A stretch of 64,000 nt of DNA from Lingula anatina (GCA_051362555.1 CM120642.1:11470001-11534000); one strand, 5' to 3'. Shown: positions 37,901 to 51,308, counted from the stretch's first letter. The notes: a model not told the origin generated them from the letters alone. Made by a program: numbers and translations.

Positions 37901-39825
37901 GAAGTAAAGGAGTTTTTTTGTAGAAGAAAGTTTGTTGAAAATAGCTACATTTCAAGTTTAAAAAAAGGGAAATTCAGTGGAGGTAGGTGAAGGGAGTCTG
38001 CATCAAGTTAGATCTTTCAAGGCATCTTGGACTTGAAATTCAACAGCCTGACTTTTGTACATTCATAATAAAATACAGTCATAATAACATATTTCAGTTT
38101 TTTATGCTATTTCATAGAGAAGAGTATTGAAAGCTGCTTAAGTTGTAGACATTTTGTAAGATTGAAAAGGAATACATTTGCACCCATTTTTAGGGAAAAA
38201 AAAGCATGCGTCAACCTAGATGTACAAAAGTGTGTTGTGGCTCTGAGTTAGTTGGCTAGTCTGGTGTGGGTAGTACATTGTACGTGTTGCAATTGTATGT
38301 TACTACAAAACCTGCTTTAGGGCATCATCAGTCCAGTATATATGTGTGTGAAGCACATTGTAGGGTTCAAAACCACTGTTTTTCATATTTTGCCATGTTT
38401 AGTGCAAAAAGGGTGTTATAAAAGACAAAATTATGCATACTTGGCACCATATGGCATTGTCTTTCAAAGCATATACAGAGAAGCATTGGCACAGAAGCAC
38501 TGTCTACTCATCATATGTTTAATCTGCATTCTGATGTATAGTGAATGACTAAGGCAACTTGTGTACAGTGTGCATTTTGGTCTGTCATTTGTTCTATGGT
38601 GTGTAGTAGTACTAAGTCAAGTGTTGGTTCTATTTATTTGTTAGGCACCTTTAGCCCAGTGTGTACCATGTATGATGAGAATAAGGTGGCATACAAACAC
38701 ACACCAAAGGGAGGGAAGTTGATGGCTAGCAGCAATCAGCAGTAGAAATACAATACAGCATGTGAGTGCACTTGTGTAGTGTTCCCCCTCCTCTGCTGTT
38801 GACAGGGATGTGATGATTAAGCTATTATCCCCTGAAATAAGGGGATTTCACTTCTATTCAGTCTCATCCTTGGTCAACAGGTGTGTAAATTTGTTTGGCT
38901 TGCATGCATGTCCCCCCTCCCCACCCCACCTTCCAATCCCAGTTTTGCACACCCTTATACCTCTCCCCAACACATAAAAGCTAGCTTGCAAAATGTCATT
39001 GGCAAGCAGAAGTGCACCATTATCTCAAATACCACATGACATAAAAAAACCCAAAGCTCAGCTAGTTTGAAACTTTTTAAAGTTAACCAAAATACCAAAA
39101 TATCCCCACCGGCTGTCTCTTTATGCTTTATGTACAATACTAGTAAGTAGCTAACTATCATGGTCTTGTGCAGAAAGTAGAGGTGTTTGGCTTGCTGACA
39201 ATGAATTCTCTGAACTGGTTAATGTGCATGGTCACAAGTTAGAGGGAAAACAAATATTGCTAGTCAGTTGAGGACACTAAAGCCAAGTCATGTGTACTTG
39301 CACCTGTCACTGAATGGGGATTGAATTTCAAAAGGCATTTTGCATGAGATTTCACTTTTCATTCAAGTACAATGTCTTGACCTTAGATGTCTTGGCAGCA
39401 CTTTTGCACAGTTAATCAGATAACACAAAATACAAAGGAAGGAACAAGCTAGAAAAGGGGATCATTCAAAAAGGATGTGGTGTTTGCTATCAGTTCTACT
39501 GGATTCCTATTTAAACATGCTTCCTTTGCCTGAGAGCACAGGAAAGGAGTTTAGGTTGGCCAAGATAAGAAAAGAAGAGTGAAAATTGGTCAAGTTGTTT
39601 CAGTGTTGACATGGTGCATTCCTGGTGTTAATAGGTATAAACTCATATTTTCAAATGTCTTTATCTCTTTTATTTTCCAAGTTCAGATTATACCAAATAT
39701 GGTAATTTGATTGAAAAGTCCTTGTTTTATTGCATAGTAATAAATTGTATATATTGTATTGTTCTGTTACAGAGTCTGAGATGCCCCAGCCTGCACAAAC
39801 TACAGTTCAAGAGAGTGCAGTGTGA
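14963..39825 (+). CDS. PCM1: Pericentriolar material 1 (centriolar satellite scaffold), ~2,060 aa, ~37 coding exons
   Basis: Phase-consistent exons: 14963-15106, 15333-15581, 16285-16464, 16792-16890, [17254-17346 or 18174-18266], 18597-18737, 19366-19548, [21034-21123 or 21190-21279], 21794-21881, 22191-22453, 22746-22944, 23168-23300, 23516-23680, 23898-24089, 24447-24671, 28274-28403, 28691-28790, 29132-29291, 29575-29696, 29935-30141, 30375-30481, 30811-30982, 31377-31971, 32190-32248, 32450-32669, 32809-33049, 33358-33450, 33929-34141, 34469-34630, 34989-35227, 35578-35713, 35983-36150, 36486-36601, 36850-37105, 37368-37442, 37686-37812, 39773-39825. PCM1 hallmarks: MATGG start, QIVSRLMQIRDY, TMATWGGST, FSLFEALRETIYSEVATLISQNETRPHFLIELF, PRIDTQQLDQQIK, EVLFNELAFFRLMQDLD. 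Confidence 0.95.
17254..17346 (+). CDS. PCM1: PCM1 candidate alternative exon 5a (paralogue of 18174-18266)
   Basis: 93 nt, phase 0-0, AG/GT bounded, stop-free: DDFMKLCSLRRLVGELKEQEQELLNVMLILL versus EAREQIGKLNRLVDHLREQEKGYMGLLQRML. Weak GTCTGT donor. Confidence 0.65.
21034..21279 (+). CDS. PCM1: PCM1 tandem-duplicated exons 8a (21034-21123) and 8b (21190-21279)
   Basis: Both 90 nt, phase 0-0: SQDSRLQDSEIQALRHQQELLKKLLYHQQQ and SQDPSLQTSELGALRQQQDLLKKLLTQQQQ, separated by 66 nt. Confidence 0.85.
26523..26806. mobile_element. MITE with TA target duplication (Tc1/mariner-type) and internal palindrome array
   Basis: TIRs CGGAAGCCGACTGGTGCCATATGT / ACATATGGCACCAGTCGGCTTCCG, flanked by TA on both sides; five copies of the palindrome TATCTCGAAATTTCGAGATA at 26558, 26605, 26654, 26701 and 26750. 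Confidence 0.85.
27059..28040. repeat. 146-bp satellite-like tandem array (~6.7 units)
   Basis: TCTCCAAAACTGGCAGAGAT starts at 27061, 27207, 27353, 27499, 27645, 27791 and 27937; units are nearly identical. Confidence 0.95.
28894..28951. repeat. Compound (GTT)n(GAT)n microsatellite
   Basis: Seen directly, in a PCM1 intron. Confidence 0.9.
36429..36443 (+). CDS. PCM1: Candidate 15-nt PCM1 microexon (AYGDE)
   Basis: tttcag|GCCTATGGTGATGAG|gtatgt, phase 0-0, only 42 nt upstream of the next acceptor. Confidence 0.45.
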
Positions 39826-42312
39826 TGTGAACCAAGGTTGTGATCCATGTGTATGGGACCAGTAGCGTGTGACTGTGATTCAGAGACTGTATGTAGAGGT
39901 GAAACTTATCCCAGGAAGGAAGGGAAGCTATAAATACAAGTGTAGGAATAGGAGGAAGTTCTGTTTAGTGTTGACATTGCAAATGTTGAACTCTTTAAAG
40001 TTTTATCCAATTTGTTATTTAACGAGTTGTGTAGGAATATGGAATCTATTGGACATGGTGTGGTGTTGGAGAAATTAAAGTTTGTTTGAAGTTGAACAGA
40101 ATAAATACAGGGATCAGATTCAGTAAGAGGGAGGTAAAAAAGATAAACAGTTTCAATTTGAATTAAACAGAACAGTGTGCCCCAAGTGAAAATTGCAGTG
40201 ATAAAATGAGGTTTGACTATGGTTTTACCAAATTAAATTTTTTGAATGGTTATTTTATAACACTTAAATTTTATTCTTAGTGAATGGGTTTTGGGAGTCG
40301 AAAGTTCCTATACAAGTGTGCTGGATGAATTTCCGAACACAGCAGTTGTAGAAAAGTACTCCACCCTCAGCTTGTTGAGATTCATTTGCAATATAGCTGA
40401 TTTTTTTTTTTTTTTTTTTTTGAAAGGAATTATTGCCACATAAGATTGAAGAAAATTAGAAATCCATTATTGTTACCATGAAGTGCATTTAATATTATAT
40501 TGTTATAACAGCATATCCCAGCTGACGGCACATGTACAGTAACATGCACCCAATGACAAATTATTTTGATCATTTTTATTTTAATTTAGATGTGTGACAG
40601 TGCTTTCCCAATTAAATTTATAGTTTACATTGAAAAAAAGATGGATTATTGATATCTTAATTATAATTATTTCTTTGTACTTTTTGAACGATGTTTTATT
40701 ATAGTAATATTAACTGTTGTTGTGTGAGCTGAGTATTGAGAGAACAGTTGTTGTGTTGAGATGTATCAAACACAGGAATAAAGCATTCCAGTTGTATTTA
40801 GTTAAATTAATGTTTCCTTCTATTTTTACTGCCCCATGTTACAGTATAGGGCTCCTGCCATTAAATACTCTCACAAAGTTTTCGTCCCCATTATTACGTG
40901 TTGTAAGATGGTCAGATGACATTGGAATACTACAATATTGAAAAGAACCTACTTAAATCTCTCTCCCCCCCCCCCCCCCATCCCCCCACCATTTAACCTA
41001 TGTTATTAAGGTTGTCATTTGAATTTTTTTCATCTGGGAATTCAAAATATATTTGGTATGAAGGTTCTCACTTACAGTGAAGGATACAACATATAGTCTT
41101 TAATACAGATAAGTTATAAAATACATAAATATTTTCTATTATAATAGCGAGAAAAGTTAATAAACTAAGTATACTAATATTGAGCAATGGTACAAAACAA
41201 AATTAAACCGTTTTCTTTTTCAATTGCACAATACATAATTTAATGTAAGTACACAAGTCATTTCCTTAAAAGGTGAGTCTTAAATTCTTTTAAATTGTGA
41301 CCCTTTCTAATGTTCACTTTTACGTTTCAAGAATGTTTAATTAAACAGTCATAATATTACAAAATATAAAAGACCGTCTGAAGATGACATTGTTTTTCTT
41401 TCATTTCTTTTTGTGTCATATTCAAGAAATAAATTCCACTTCTGATCACTGATAAGCTGATAGCAAAGCAATGTACAGCACAAATAATATTTAATTTACA
41501 TCATTACAGTGGTAACAGGAACTTTGTCACATAAATAGGGCAATAGTAAACAATGTCTGACAATAATACTGGTCCCTGTCTGTAGTCCCATGGTGGGCTG
41601 CACCTCATGCCATCTCTACCCATGAACAATTTCATATGTCAGCAGTGAAATTAATGTAAAGATGCTACATAGATCATCTCACCATCTTTATCATGATATG
41701 TAAAATTTAGACACTTTGAATAGAATACAATTATTAAAGTTTAATGTGCCTTGTTACCAAAATACTCTTTCAAATTCTTTAATGAGAACTGGGACAATTT
41801 TTCTGGGACTGGTAATGCTTTAGCAAAGTGCGCCTTTTGTTCCCTAAATTCCACTTAATCAAAAAAATTTCCATCTTTTCCTTCCATAAACAGAGTCTGA
41901 AATATCTGATTTCAGAACCATGTGAGATCTCATATAGTAATGTTATTCTTGATCTTATTTACTAATAGAAAGCAATGTGAATCTGCAAGCAACAACACAT
42001 AACTTATCTTGTTGGCTACATTTATCTAACTGTAAAAAATTGTGGTTTAACATAACAGTAAAAGTATTCCAACAGCAGTTTCACACTGTTTTGTTCCATT
42101 GCATTTTCTCATTCAGTGCTCTATGTTGGGCTATATGCTGAAAATATGGTCATTTTGGCATGTTAGTTTTATGTCAGGCACCCTATAACAATGCATCGTA
42201 TTGCTTTAATAAGGATAAACATCATGTTCTTAATGCCTCTGGACGGCAACATACACAGAGTTTGCATTGTGATCATCCTGTATTTCTGGTTGAGTTTAGT
42301 CAGCTAATTAGT

Positions 42313-43560
42313 TTAGTCAGCTATGGGTTTGATAAGTATCACCATGCTCTTAGAAGGCTCTATATCCTGCAGAGTAACTTGGATGTTCAAACTGTTCCCC
42401 CTAGAGCATGCAAATGTTCCAGTGCGCTGGACTTGGAGTGGTTTCTCCTGTTCATTGTGTATAAGAATTGTGGCCTGGACCTTGGCCTCGCCATTCACCA
42501 TGGCCGAATCATGACAGTACAACTGTAGAGACCAGGTGTCATTGTTCTTTCGATATGTTATTTTCCACTCCCCTTCTTTTTGTTCATTCGGCACAGGGCC
42601 TACGTAAGTGCGCACATCAACCTGTATTCCGAACCTGAGAGTGTTCTGAATGCTGACTTTGTCCACCTGCAGATCAATATAGTCACGAGGCATGTAAAAT
42701 ATGTCTGCAAAACTGACCCCAAGGGTGCTCTGTGATGGGCACAGGGATCGAAACCTGTAAGCACGGCCGAGCAAGTCTTTCAGTAAATCTTTACATTCTT
42801 CATGACTAGCCAGTGCACTTGTCTCTACTTCAAACAAATCCCTGACCATCATCTGAGGGAACCTCACCAGGGGGAGCATTTGTTGTGCATTGTCGCTGAT
42901 ATTTGCAATATTACTCTCACTGAGCAACCAGCGCTCAGCTGCATGGTACATCATCAACTCATTCTTGATGATCAGTTCATGACTCTGCAGAATATCGCAG
43001 ACAAATTCCAAATCCATAATCAGCCAATCAGGGGACTGTATGATATCTGCAATGTTCCAAGTTATAGTCTCATGGCACTGCTGGACCAGGTCGGTCAAGT
43101 TTAAGGCTTTGGCCCACGAATACCAGTTTAAAGCATTGGTCACTTTGGGACTACGGGAGTGATGAACCATATACTTTGTAACCAATTCTTTTAGGGACCC
43201 TACTCCATACTTGTCTGCCAGGCACAGTATGCCCACAGCACTCTCTGGGTTTATTGACACGCTCGCTGTGTACAGGTACTGCAAGAAACGTTCAAATGCC
43301 TCCTCACACTCCACACTTTCATTAAGAACCACTTCACTATCTCTGGTACCACTTAGCCATTGTTTTTCGTATAGCATACACTTGAACACTTCGCTGGACT
43401 TTGCCAGCACAAACTTGTGGCCGTAGAACCTTTGTTCGCCCACAGTCAGTATGACATCACTGAGTGCCTCTTGGTTGAAGAACTGGGACACATTCTGTAT
43501 GAAGTCACTTTCGTCACGAAGGACTTGGTTGGGGTCATCTTCATGCTCTTCCATGTTGCC
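42313..43560 (-). CDS. BTB/POZ-BACK domain protein (BTBD17-like), main coding exon
   Basis: 413-aa ORF with BTB (LSDVILTVGEQRFYGHKFVLAKSSEVF...FLQYLYT...LADKY) and BACK (LLSE...LPLVRFPQM) motifs; acceptor AG at 43562-43561, six nt upstream of the ATG at 43554. Confidence 0.92.
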   Translation of the reverse strand, partial: GNMEEHEDDPNQVLRDESDFIQNVSQFFNQEALSDVILTVGEQRFYGHKFVLAKSSEVFKCMLYEKQWLSGTRDSEVVLNESVECEEAFERFLQYLYTASVSINPESAVGILCLADKYGVGSLKELVTKYMVHHSRSPKVTNALNWYSWAKALNLTDLVQQCHETITWNIADIIQSPDWLIMDLEFVCDILQSHELIIKNELMMYHAAERWLLSESNIANISDNAQQMLPLVRFPQMMVRDLFEVETSALASHEECKDLLKDLLGRAYRFRSLCPSQSTLGVSFADIFYMPRDYIDLQVDKVSIQNTLRFGIQVDVRTYVGPVPNEQKEGEWKITYRKNNDTWSLQLYCHDSAMVNGEAKVQATILIHNEQEKPLQVQRTGTFACSRGNSLNIQVTLQDIEPSKSMVILIKPIAD

Positions 43561-45078
43561 CTAGAAAATAAAGAACAGTAATTTTACCAATACTGGATGG
43601 GCAATAAAGTTACAAACAGAGGCAAAGAAAGTCTTGACTTTTATTTCAGATTGTTTTTTTTTTTTAATTTTCTTTAAAAAAAAAATCCTTTTGCTTAAGT
43701 ATTTCCTTTCTTTGGTATTTCCCTGTAATAAATTGCCTCTGAGAATTGCTAAATGAAGATAGGAATTTCATTTCATTTTTTTTCTCAAGAATGTTTTTTA
43801 AGTTTAAGAATTATTAAGTCCAAATATTCACTAACTTATAAATATATTTCTATTTCACTGATGCTGTTAAAATGAACAATAACAAAAATTTGTTTCAAAA
43901 CACTTGTGTTTACATGCCATCCCACAAACTAAAGAAATGAGCCTGGAAAATAAACCACAGATCACTCAAGAAAGTATTTTCAAATAAAGGTTATATGTGA
44001 ATGATGATGTGCAATCTTGGACAACAATAGCCCCACAGTACTGTTATGGCCTAACAATATGTCACAGCGCTATAAAGAACATATAGAAGCACCAACTTCA
44101 CCTCAACAACGCATATGATTGATAAAATGCGTGCGGGCAGGTATTAGCTGTCAGAGAGCATCTTAAATGTATCCATCAAATGCATTAATATAATATCAGC
44201 TCCTACACATTATACCAACAACTAATGAGCAAGTAAAACTGGCATGAAATAGTTGTCGCATCCCTTAAAACAATTTTAATATTCAATCATAAAAAGTATA
44301 ATTTTACAATGTAAAATAAAGCTAATTTTTGATTTGCATGATTTTTCACGCTTCATAAAAAAGAATGTACAACAGTTTGTGTCTGAAAAACATTTTATCA
44401 TTCATCATATTCAATCTTCTTTGGTATAAAATTAGTTGTTTGGCTGCATTTTTTTCCCCAAAAAACAACGGCTTGCAAGAAATCCCTACAGTGTGCTAAA
44501 AATATGTAATCTCTGCTTTGAAGTCTGTCTCTGAGTCTGAGAGATGACTCACGTCTCACATCTGCTGTATGATAGATCACTTAACTATGTTCAGCAAAAG
44601 GGGGTAAGAAACACATTAATATTCACAGCATCAGGTCAATAATAGACCTTGTAATACAGACAGCAGTCTATGCAAAGATTTTCCCTCTGCCTCAGGTGAT
44701 AGGCGTCAAATTGCATCACCACTTGCAGAGCCAAGCTGAAAATAAGAGATCAGATGCAGAAGAGTATAAATTACATCTGACCCAGAAATCTAAATTTACT
44801 GCTGCAGAAAACAAATGTGTTATGTATAGATTGTAGGGCGGTGGCAGCAAGCAGTCCAGAAACTGTAGGGAAACAAAGCATTTAACAGCCAGCAAACCCA
44901 AGAGATTATAAGGATTCTAAACATTTTATACCTATAGCTGGAATAAACGGAAGCACACAGCAAGCGTACAATTGGCAACCACCACAGGCTTTTACAAAGC
45001 AGATAGTAAGCATTCCTCCAGGAGTACTAGGAGTAGATCAGCTAGCTGTAAAGTAGACAGACCATCCCTGGCAGCATC

Positions 45079-45363
45079 ATGGTAGTAATGCTTTATATCT
45101 CCTCTATCTCTGCTAATATGGAGACCAAGAGGAATCAGAATAGAGTTCAAAATGTGCTGGAAGCAAAGAAGATAACCCACCAGGTCATAGATATTGCTAA
45201 CAGTGATACGGACAAGGCCTTCATGCAGCAAAACAGCCGATCCCGAGATGACAACCCACCCCTCCCCCCACAGTTATTCAACGGGCAGGAATACCTAGGG
45301 GACTTCTTTGACTTTGATGATGCAGTAGAAATGGGAACTCTCAATGCTTTCTTAAAGTTATAA
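45079..45363 (+). CDS. SH3BGR-family thioredoxin-fold protein, intronless CDS, nested antisense in the BTB gene intron
   Basis: 94-aa ORF MVVMLYISSISAN..TKRNQNRV..LEAKKI...IDI...PLPPQLFNGQEYLGDFFDF..A.E...LNAFLKL matches the SH3BGR/SH3BGRL family pattern. Confidence 0.9.
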   Translation: MVVMLYISSISANMETKRNQNRVQNVLEAKKITHQVIDIANSDTDKAFMQQNSRSRDDNPPLPPQLFNGQEYLGDFFDFDDAVEMGTLNAFLKL

Positions 45364-45955
45364 AGATAGAAAAATGTTGTGCTGATATTATGCCCTAAGG
45401 ACTGCCCAAGAACATGGTTAGCAGAATGTTTTGAAACAATGCTACTGACTTTTTATACAACCAGAAACAAGGGACTATTGTCATGGTCTATAGCATTTAA
45501 AAAACGTTGGCACCTATACAGCCAGCCACATGATGCTTTATATTCTTCCTACAGATGCAAAGGAATTCATTTAGTATACTGTTTTGAAAACATATGCTAC
45601 TGATACATGTATGGATTAAACGCCAGATGTCAGATAAAACCTATATAATAATATACAAATATAATTGCATGATAATTTATTTTTCCAGACATATGATGCT
45701 ATATGGCTTGGAAGTGAACCATGGCATATAAATTCTGCAATGCTTGTGCCTCTTTGGTAAACATCTCTGTGTGTATATCTTATTCAAAGGAGACAGACAA
45801 TGTATTATTTCACTTCATTCTACTGAATCAATATGGAAAGTAATTGAATGTGCAAGCCAAAATCATATTGGCAGCTATAATCAATTCTTTAAACAAAACA
45901 CATATTGAGCAAATGCAGTAGGAACCACAGCATCAGACTACGCCATCCAGACTTA

Positions 45956-46140
45956 AAAATGAGAGCTTGAATACATATGTGCCAGTCAAATCTGGGAAAA
46001 ATAGCTGCAAGAAATATGCTAGCCAGCAAACAAGACATTCTATGCCGTTCTGACATGAAAATGAGAGCTTGAATACATTTACGCCTGTCAAGACTGGGAA
46101 AAATCTGCAAGAAATATGCTAGCTAGCGAACAAGACATTC
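45956..46140. repeat. Two-copy ~102-bp direct repeat
   Basis: AAAATGAGAGCTTGAATACAT...GCAAGAAATATGCTAGC...AACAAGACATTC occurs twice. Confidence 0.8.
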
Positions 46141-47750
46141 ATAACAGAGCAAGCCTGCCAGATTAATTCCATATGATATATAATTATAATACTATAATAA
46201 GTTTCATAAAATTTCAATCGCAAAACAGGATTTCAAGGCCTTAATTCACAGTGTCAGGTCATGAAGAAGGCGTTTCCTAAAGATTGCAATCATCACTTTC
46301 AAATAAATGATGCTCTTGTTTTCTTTTGCGAAACCAACTTTGCTTTTCAATGCAGTTATAACCTACTTTGTCTTGTTATGTAGATATCTTGAGACAAATA
46401 AGCAAGTTAAATTGATGATGCTAAACTTTAAAATTATATGACAAGTTATGACTTAAAATTATGTTGCAAGTGTTTTTATACTGTTACTTCACAAACATTG
46501 GTGCTGTTTGAAAAAAATACTGAATTACTGAACTTTTTTGATATCCAATTCAGTAAATATAATATAGGGTGTTTTGGTGCTGTCTGAAAAAATACTTAAT
46601 TACTGAACTTTTTTTGTTCTCCAATTCAATAAATATAATGCAGAGCATTTAAAAACATCTTACACATTGTGCTCGAGTTTCAGGTTCATTTTCATTTTCA
46701 AGCCTCTAGAATATTAAAATATTCTTCTTATTGCATATTCCATTTACAGCTTCTCTTATCACAAGCTGTGGCAGATATATTGCATGCACATTTATCAACA
46801 AAACACCCTGAGTTTCGGAGATCACTGGGAACTCACCTCCATTTTCAACATGCCTCTGACATTTCCAGTTACAGACATACCGAAATCAGATGTATAATCT
46901 CTGAAACACAGGGTTTTTGAGAGATTATATCTGCTTTCAACATGCCTGTAACTGGAAATGTCTCAAACACAGGGTGTTAAAACCTCCCACAGGCAAATCA
47001 TACTGAGCCAAACAACAAACTGACACAGCTACTTTACAGACAACCTTTCACATGTAATAAGTTGGAGTTCACCATGAGGTTCGGGGTAATGACCATGCAT
47101 GGCAGCAAGTATATGATTGGACAGATTTTATATACAAACATCCGTTCCTCATTTCTGTAACAACTTAGAAGTATAGGTGCTAAATAACTGTAGTGTGAAC
47201 GGGTATTAAAATTGTTCCAAATGCATAATATTTTTACTTGTATTTTCCTTGCTTCTTAAAATGTGTGGAATATGATGACATGACGTGACATAATAGCCTG
47301 GTAACCATCCGTGTATATTAAACCCCTAAACTAGTTGTTTAATAATTGATTATTGTAATCATCATGCATTTGTTACCTTTTGAAAACTAAACTGAACATA
47401 CTGGGGTATATACGTGTTCCAATATTGGAAGATGACACAATATCTTTATAGCTGTCTCACCTATCAGAATATACTACCACAGCTGCCTACCACATTCATT
47501 TCAAAACTAGGTTAGGAAGATGATGGATCACAGGGGCACCTGTCATTACTTTGTAACAGGTAGCAGCTATGTACTGGCTGTATAAATACACTATAAATAC
47601 TAAAGAACATAAACTAAACTAGTTATTTATGAACGACAAATTTTTGCTTGGTATTAATTCCCACTGTAAACCCAATCACATACAAACTAGCATGTGCTAA
47701 TTTTGGTATAAATGTCAGACTCATTTAAAAAAAATCATCACTCCTTTCAC

Positions 47751-48047
47751 CTCTGCATTCCTTTCTTCTTCTTCCTCTCTAGCTGCCTGCTCACTGCCCT
47801 GCCTGGACTGCTGACCACCCCCCTCCGGCTCCCTGGCCACACCCTCACCACTCTGGGGTTCATCTTCAGATCCACGTGGAATTGAAATGCCCCTCTCTTC
47901 TTCCCCTGGGTCGCCTGGTCCCTCCACATCGCCCTCCTCTGCCTGGTCACCTGGTTCTGGTAGGTCAAGGGGGCCTTCAGGTGGGTCCTCCAGCTCTACG
48001 GCAACTAGGTCATTCACTGGACCACGAAAATAGGGGTTGTTCGCCAT
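47751..48047 (-). CDS. Probable upstream coding exon of the BTB-BACK gene (acidic, Gly/Pro-rich 99-aa N-terminal extension)
   Basis: GC-rich ORF with a good start context (AATATGG); a phase-0 GT donor at 47750 joins in frame to GGC AAC ATG at 43560. Confidence 0.65.
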
Positions 48048-51000
48048 ATTTTGTCTCTACGTGAAAGTTATACGAACACTTCCATCAACTTCATCTGGAT
48101 TTTTTATCACCGTTTACGGATGTGAACATTTTGATTATTTCTAGTCCTCTGAAGGTCACACTGTTGATGAAAATTTTGTCATACACAGTATACGTCTTTC
48201 TGACAAGTTGTTACAACAATATGACAGATTGCCAAGTATTAAGCTGCTCTCTAGGTCTCCATGTACAGCAATGCAAATATGTACAGAGTTTATTGAAAAG
48301 TACCTGTAGAATGACTTATGTATATGTCCACTGCAATGCCGGTCCACCCATGTCCCACAGCTGTGACCTAGTTCTGTTTACCTGTACTGCTATCAACACA
48401 GGTGTGCTAGGAGAAACACTTAAACAAATAAATCTACCTGAGGCTGGCACCGAGCCAGGGAATTGTACTGGTATCATTAAGTATTCATTAAGGCAGAAAA
48501 CAATGCACATAATAATTAAAAGGAAAGCCAGGACTGCATTTCAATATCAAATAAAATATTTTCATTGACATTTTCATACTTTTGGAGAATTTTAATAATC
48601 AACTACTAAGTTTATCCCTTAAAACATTTTCCTGTTTAAGACAACCAGCCAAACTCTACAGTACATGTTCACTTTAAAAAAAAATGACAAAAGATACTTA
48701 ATGTGTCAAATGGTGAAAATAATCACACATTGTTTTTGACTATTTAATTTTTCTGTTTTTCTGCAGTAACCATTTCATTTTATCAATCAATTTGTCTTTT
48801 TCAAGGAGAATAATTGTACAATTTAAAAAACTGTTCTTGTGTTATGTGCCAAAATATATATCTAACAGCCAAAATAAATTAGTTTTTCACAATTTTTTTA
48901 CAATTTACAAAAACGCTACATCAAGGGATAACAAAAAAAAAAAAAAAGGTTACCATTTCAAACAGTTTCATCCCCAATAAATAATTTAATAATATTATAA
49001 GTAAAAAATAGAATTTTGTTTCAGCAATTTTACTATCTGAAATTAAATGAAACCAAATTAACCTTACATACTACTGTCTTTGTGAAGTGATTGCAAAAAA
49101 TCCTAGGCAGCCTCCTGCACATTAATACAAACTGACATATAAAAAGTACAACTACAGCAATTGTGTTCTCACACTGAAAACTACTCAATCATATCTGTGC
49201 AGCAGTGACAGTGTGATCTGGACCATTACATACTGACTGTTTTTCAACTGGGATTACTGTTTTGAAAAGTTTTAGAATCATATGGGGGGAAAATGAAAAT
49301 GAGTGACTGGTTTACCCTTTTGGAAAATCAATATTTGTATCTCTCTCTAAAATAATAATAATAATAATGATAATAGCTTATTATTATTATTATTGTTTTT
49401 CTTACATTATTATAACAGATTAACATGCCTCCTCTTGTTTTCAACCTGCTCGTATAATCACCAGCTTTTCTGTATTCTAACCAATGCCTATCTATTTATA
49501 TGACTGCATTCAGCAAGAGTCCCATGGAAAGTTGGCTTAATCTACAGAAAACTATGGTTTGACAACCAAAAAAAGGCCTGGTCATACACAAATTTTGGAG
49601 AACAAAATTTAAAATTGTTTGTTTAATGGGACCACAAATCCAAACCAAAGTAATTGTTTCATTTGGCTCGACTCCTGGACTAATAGTCATTTAAACCTGT
49701 CTTTTCAACAACAGATAACATCCAATTGACCTTGCCAGTGCATATATATGGCATTTTTCCCAGTAATAACAATTATAATGATAACTGTCATTCACTTGTC
49801 CCCCTTACCTGTTTCTCTGGTGCAGGAGAGATGGCATGCCAAAACTCATATCTGATCATAATGCTACAAACTTAAATAAATCCACTAAGCTGAACTCCTG
49901 AAACATCATCAATATGACAATGGATTTGCTCAGTTTTGTTCTTATCAGCCAGGTTCTTCACACAAAGAAGTCTGCGATAGTCATATCAGCCGTCATATGG
50001 CTATACTCAGTACAGTACACATTGCCCAGTGTATTGATCACTCCTTTGTCAGATTAATATCCACACACAGGTTGATTATATGCAAATGATCTAAATGTAG
50101 CTCCCGATAAAATAGCTGGAGTACTCCTCACATATAAAAAGGACAAAGTTAAACAGAGTATTGTCTATCATATGAGACATAGAAAAAACAATATGCAGAT
50201 ATATATAGTGTGATTGGTCAACTGATAGGTCCACTCTTATCTCCACTGACCACCTCTATTGTATGGTAAGGCCTTCAAATGAGGGCTTCTTTATTATAAT
50301 TTTCAAATTCTCTATGGATTAAATATATTTAACAGTATCAAAAAATCAGATAAAATATAAAGTTTCTCTTGGTTTTTTTTATTTAAAACTGATAACAATG
50401 CATGATGGATTTAAATGACTAATTTCAAAAGAAAAAAAAAAAGAAAAAAATATTTACACAGGTGCAAAGTTTACTCCTTTCAACCCTCACTCTGAGTTGT
50501 AATAAAGCCATCAATCTACATTCCATTTATAATTCAGAAAACAAGCAAACATATAGAACGAGTACAATAGACCAGACTTGTCAATACAAATGTGGTAAAT
50601 TCAACTACAGATAGGGAAATAATTATCTCACTGACATATATTGGATAAAAAAACATACTGTGCTTCAGCAAGGAGTGTATACACAGCATAATTGTGCAAA
50701 GAACCTTTCATTGTCCTTTAAATATAAGTAACATTAACTTCCAAATGTGGGAAATTTTTTAAGACATCAAAATATCTTTTATGCATTGGCACTTACTGCC
50801 TTTTTCATTTGTAAGATAGGGTATGCATCTTCCAATTTACAAGGGTATGGTGTGGGGCATGCTCCACTAAGGCATATTGCAAGTAAGTACACAGTAGATT
50901 TACATTTGTATGCATGGGCTTGTTATCTACAAACCAAGATTAATTTCACCTATTAAATAGGCTTTGTTTAAAAGATTATTCAGAAAATGTTTCCCTTTGA

Positions 51001-51308
51001 TCCACATTTACTCAGTAAACCTACCAAATTTTAAGAAAGCATCAAAGGACTATTCAAGTCATATGTCAAGTATTGCATACTTCATACATGTCCATTCTTG
51101 ACATTCTTTAAACCCTGGTCCAAGACCTACCCTGGACCTGGTCATCTAACTGACCACTCAGTGACCAATTAAAGTATATCAATGTCCAGTAAGCAGCTAA
51201 AGCTACTGTACTGTTTGGTTAAGCAGCAGGTGTGTTTGGAGTCAGACAGTTCACCTGGATGACTCTTCACATGCAACAATTTTATGACAAACACTGTGAC
51301 CAAAATTC

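Noticed and set aside
38805-38860. Possible C/D snoRNA (GTGATGA, CTGA and a small hairpin) in the last PCM1 intron
   Set aside because: Box spacing is too short and there is no terminal stem or recognisable guide.
48122-48568. 148-aa plus-strand ORF
   Set aside because: Non-ATG start, no domain features, and intron-like composition.
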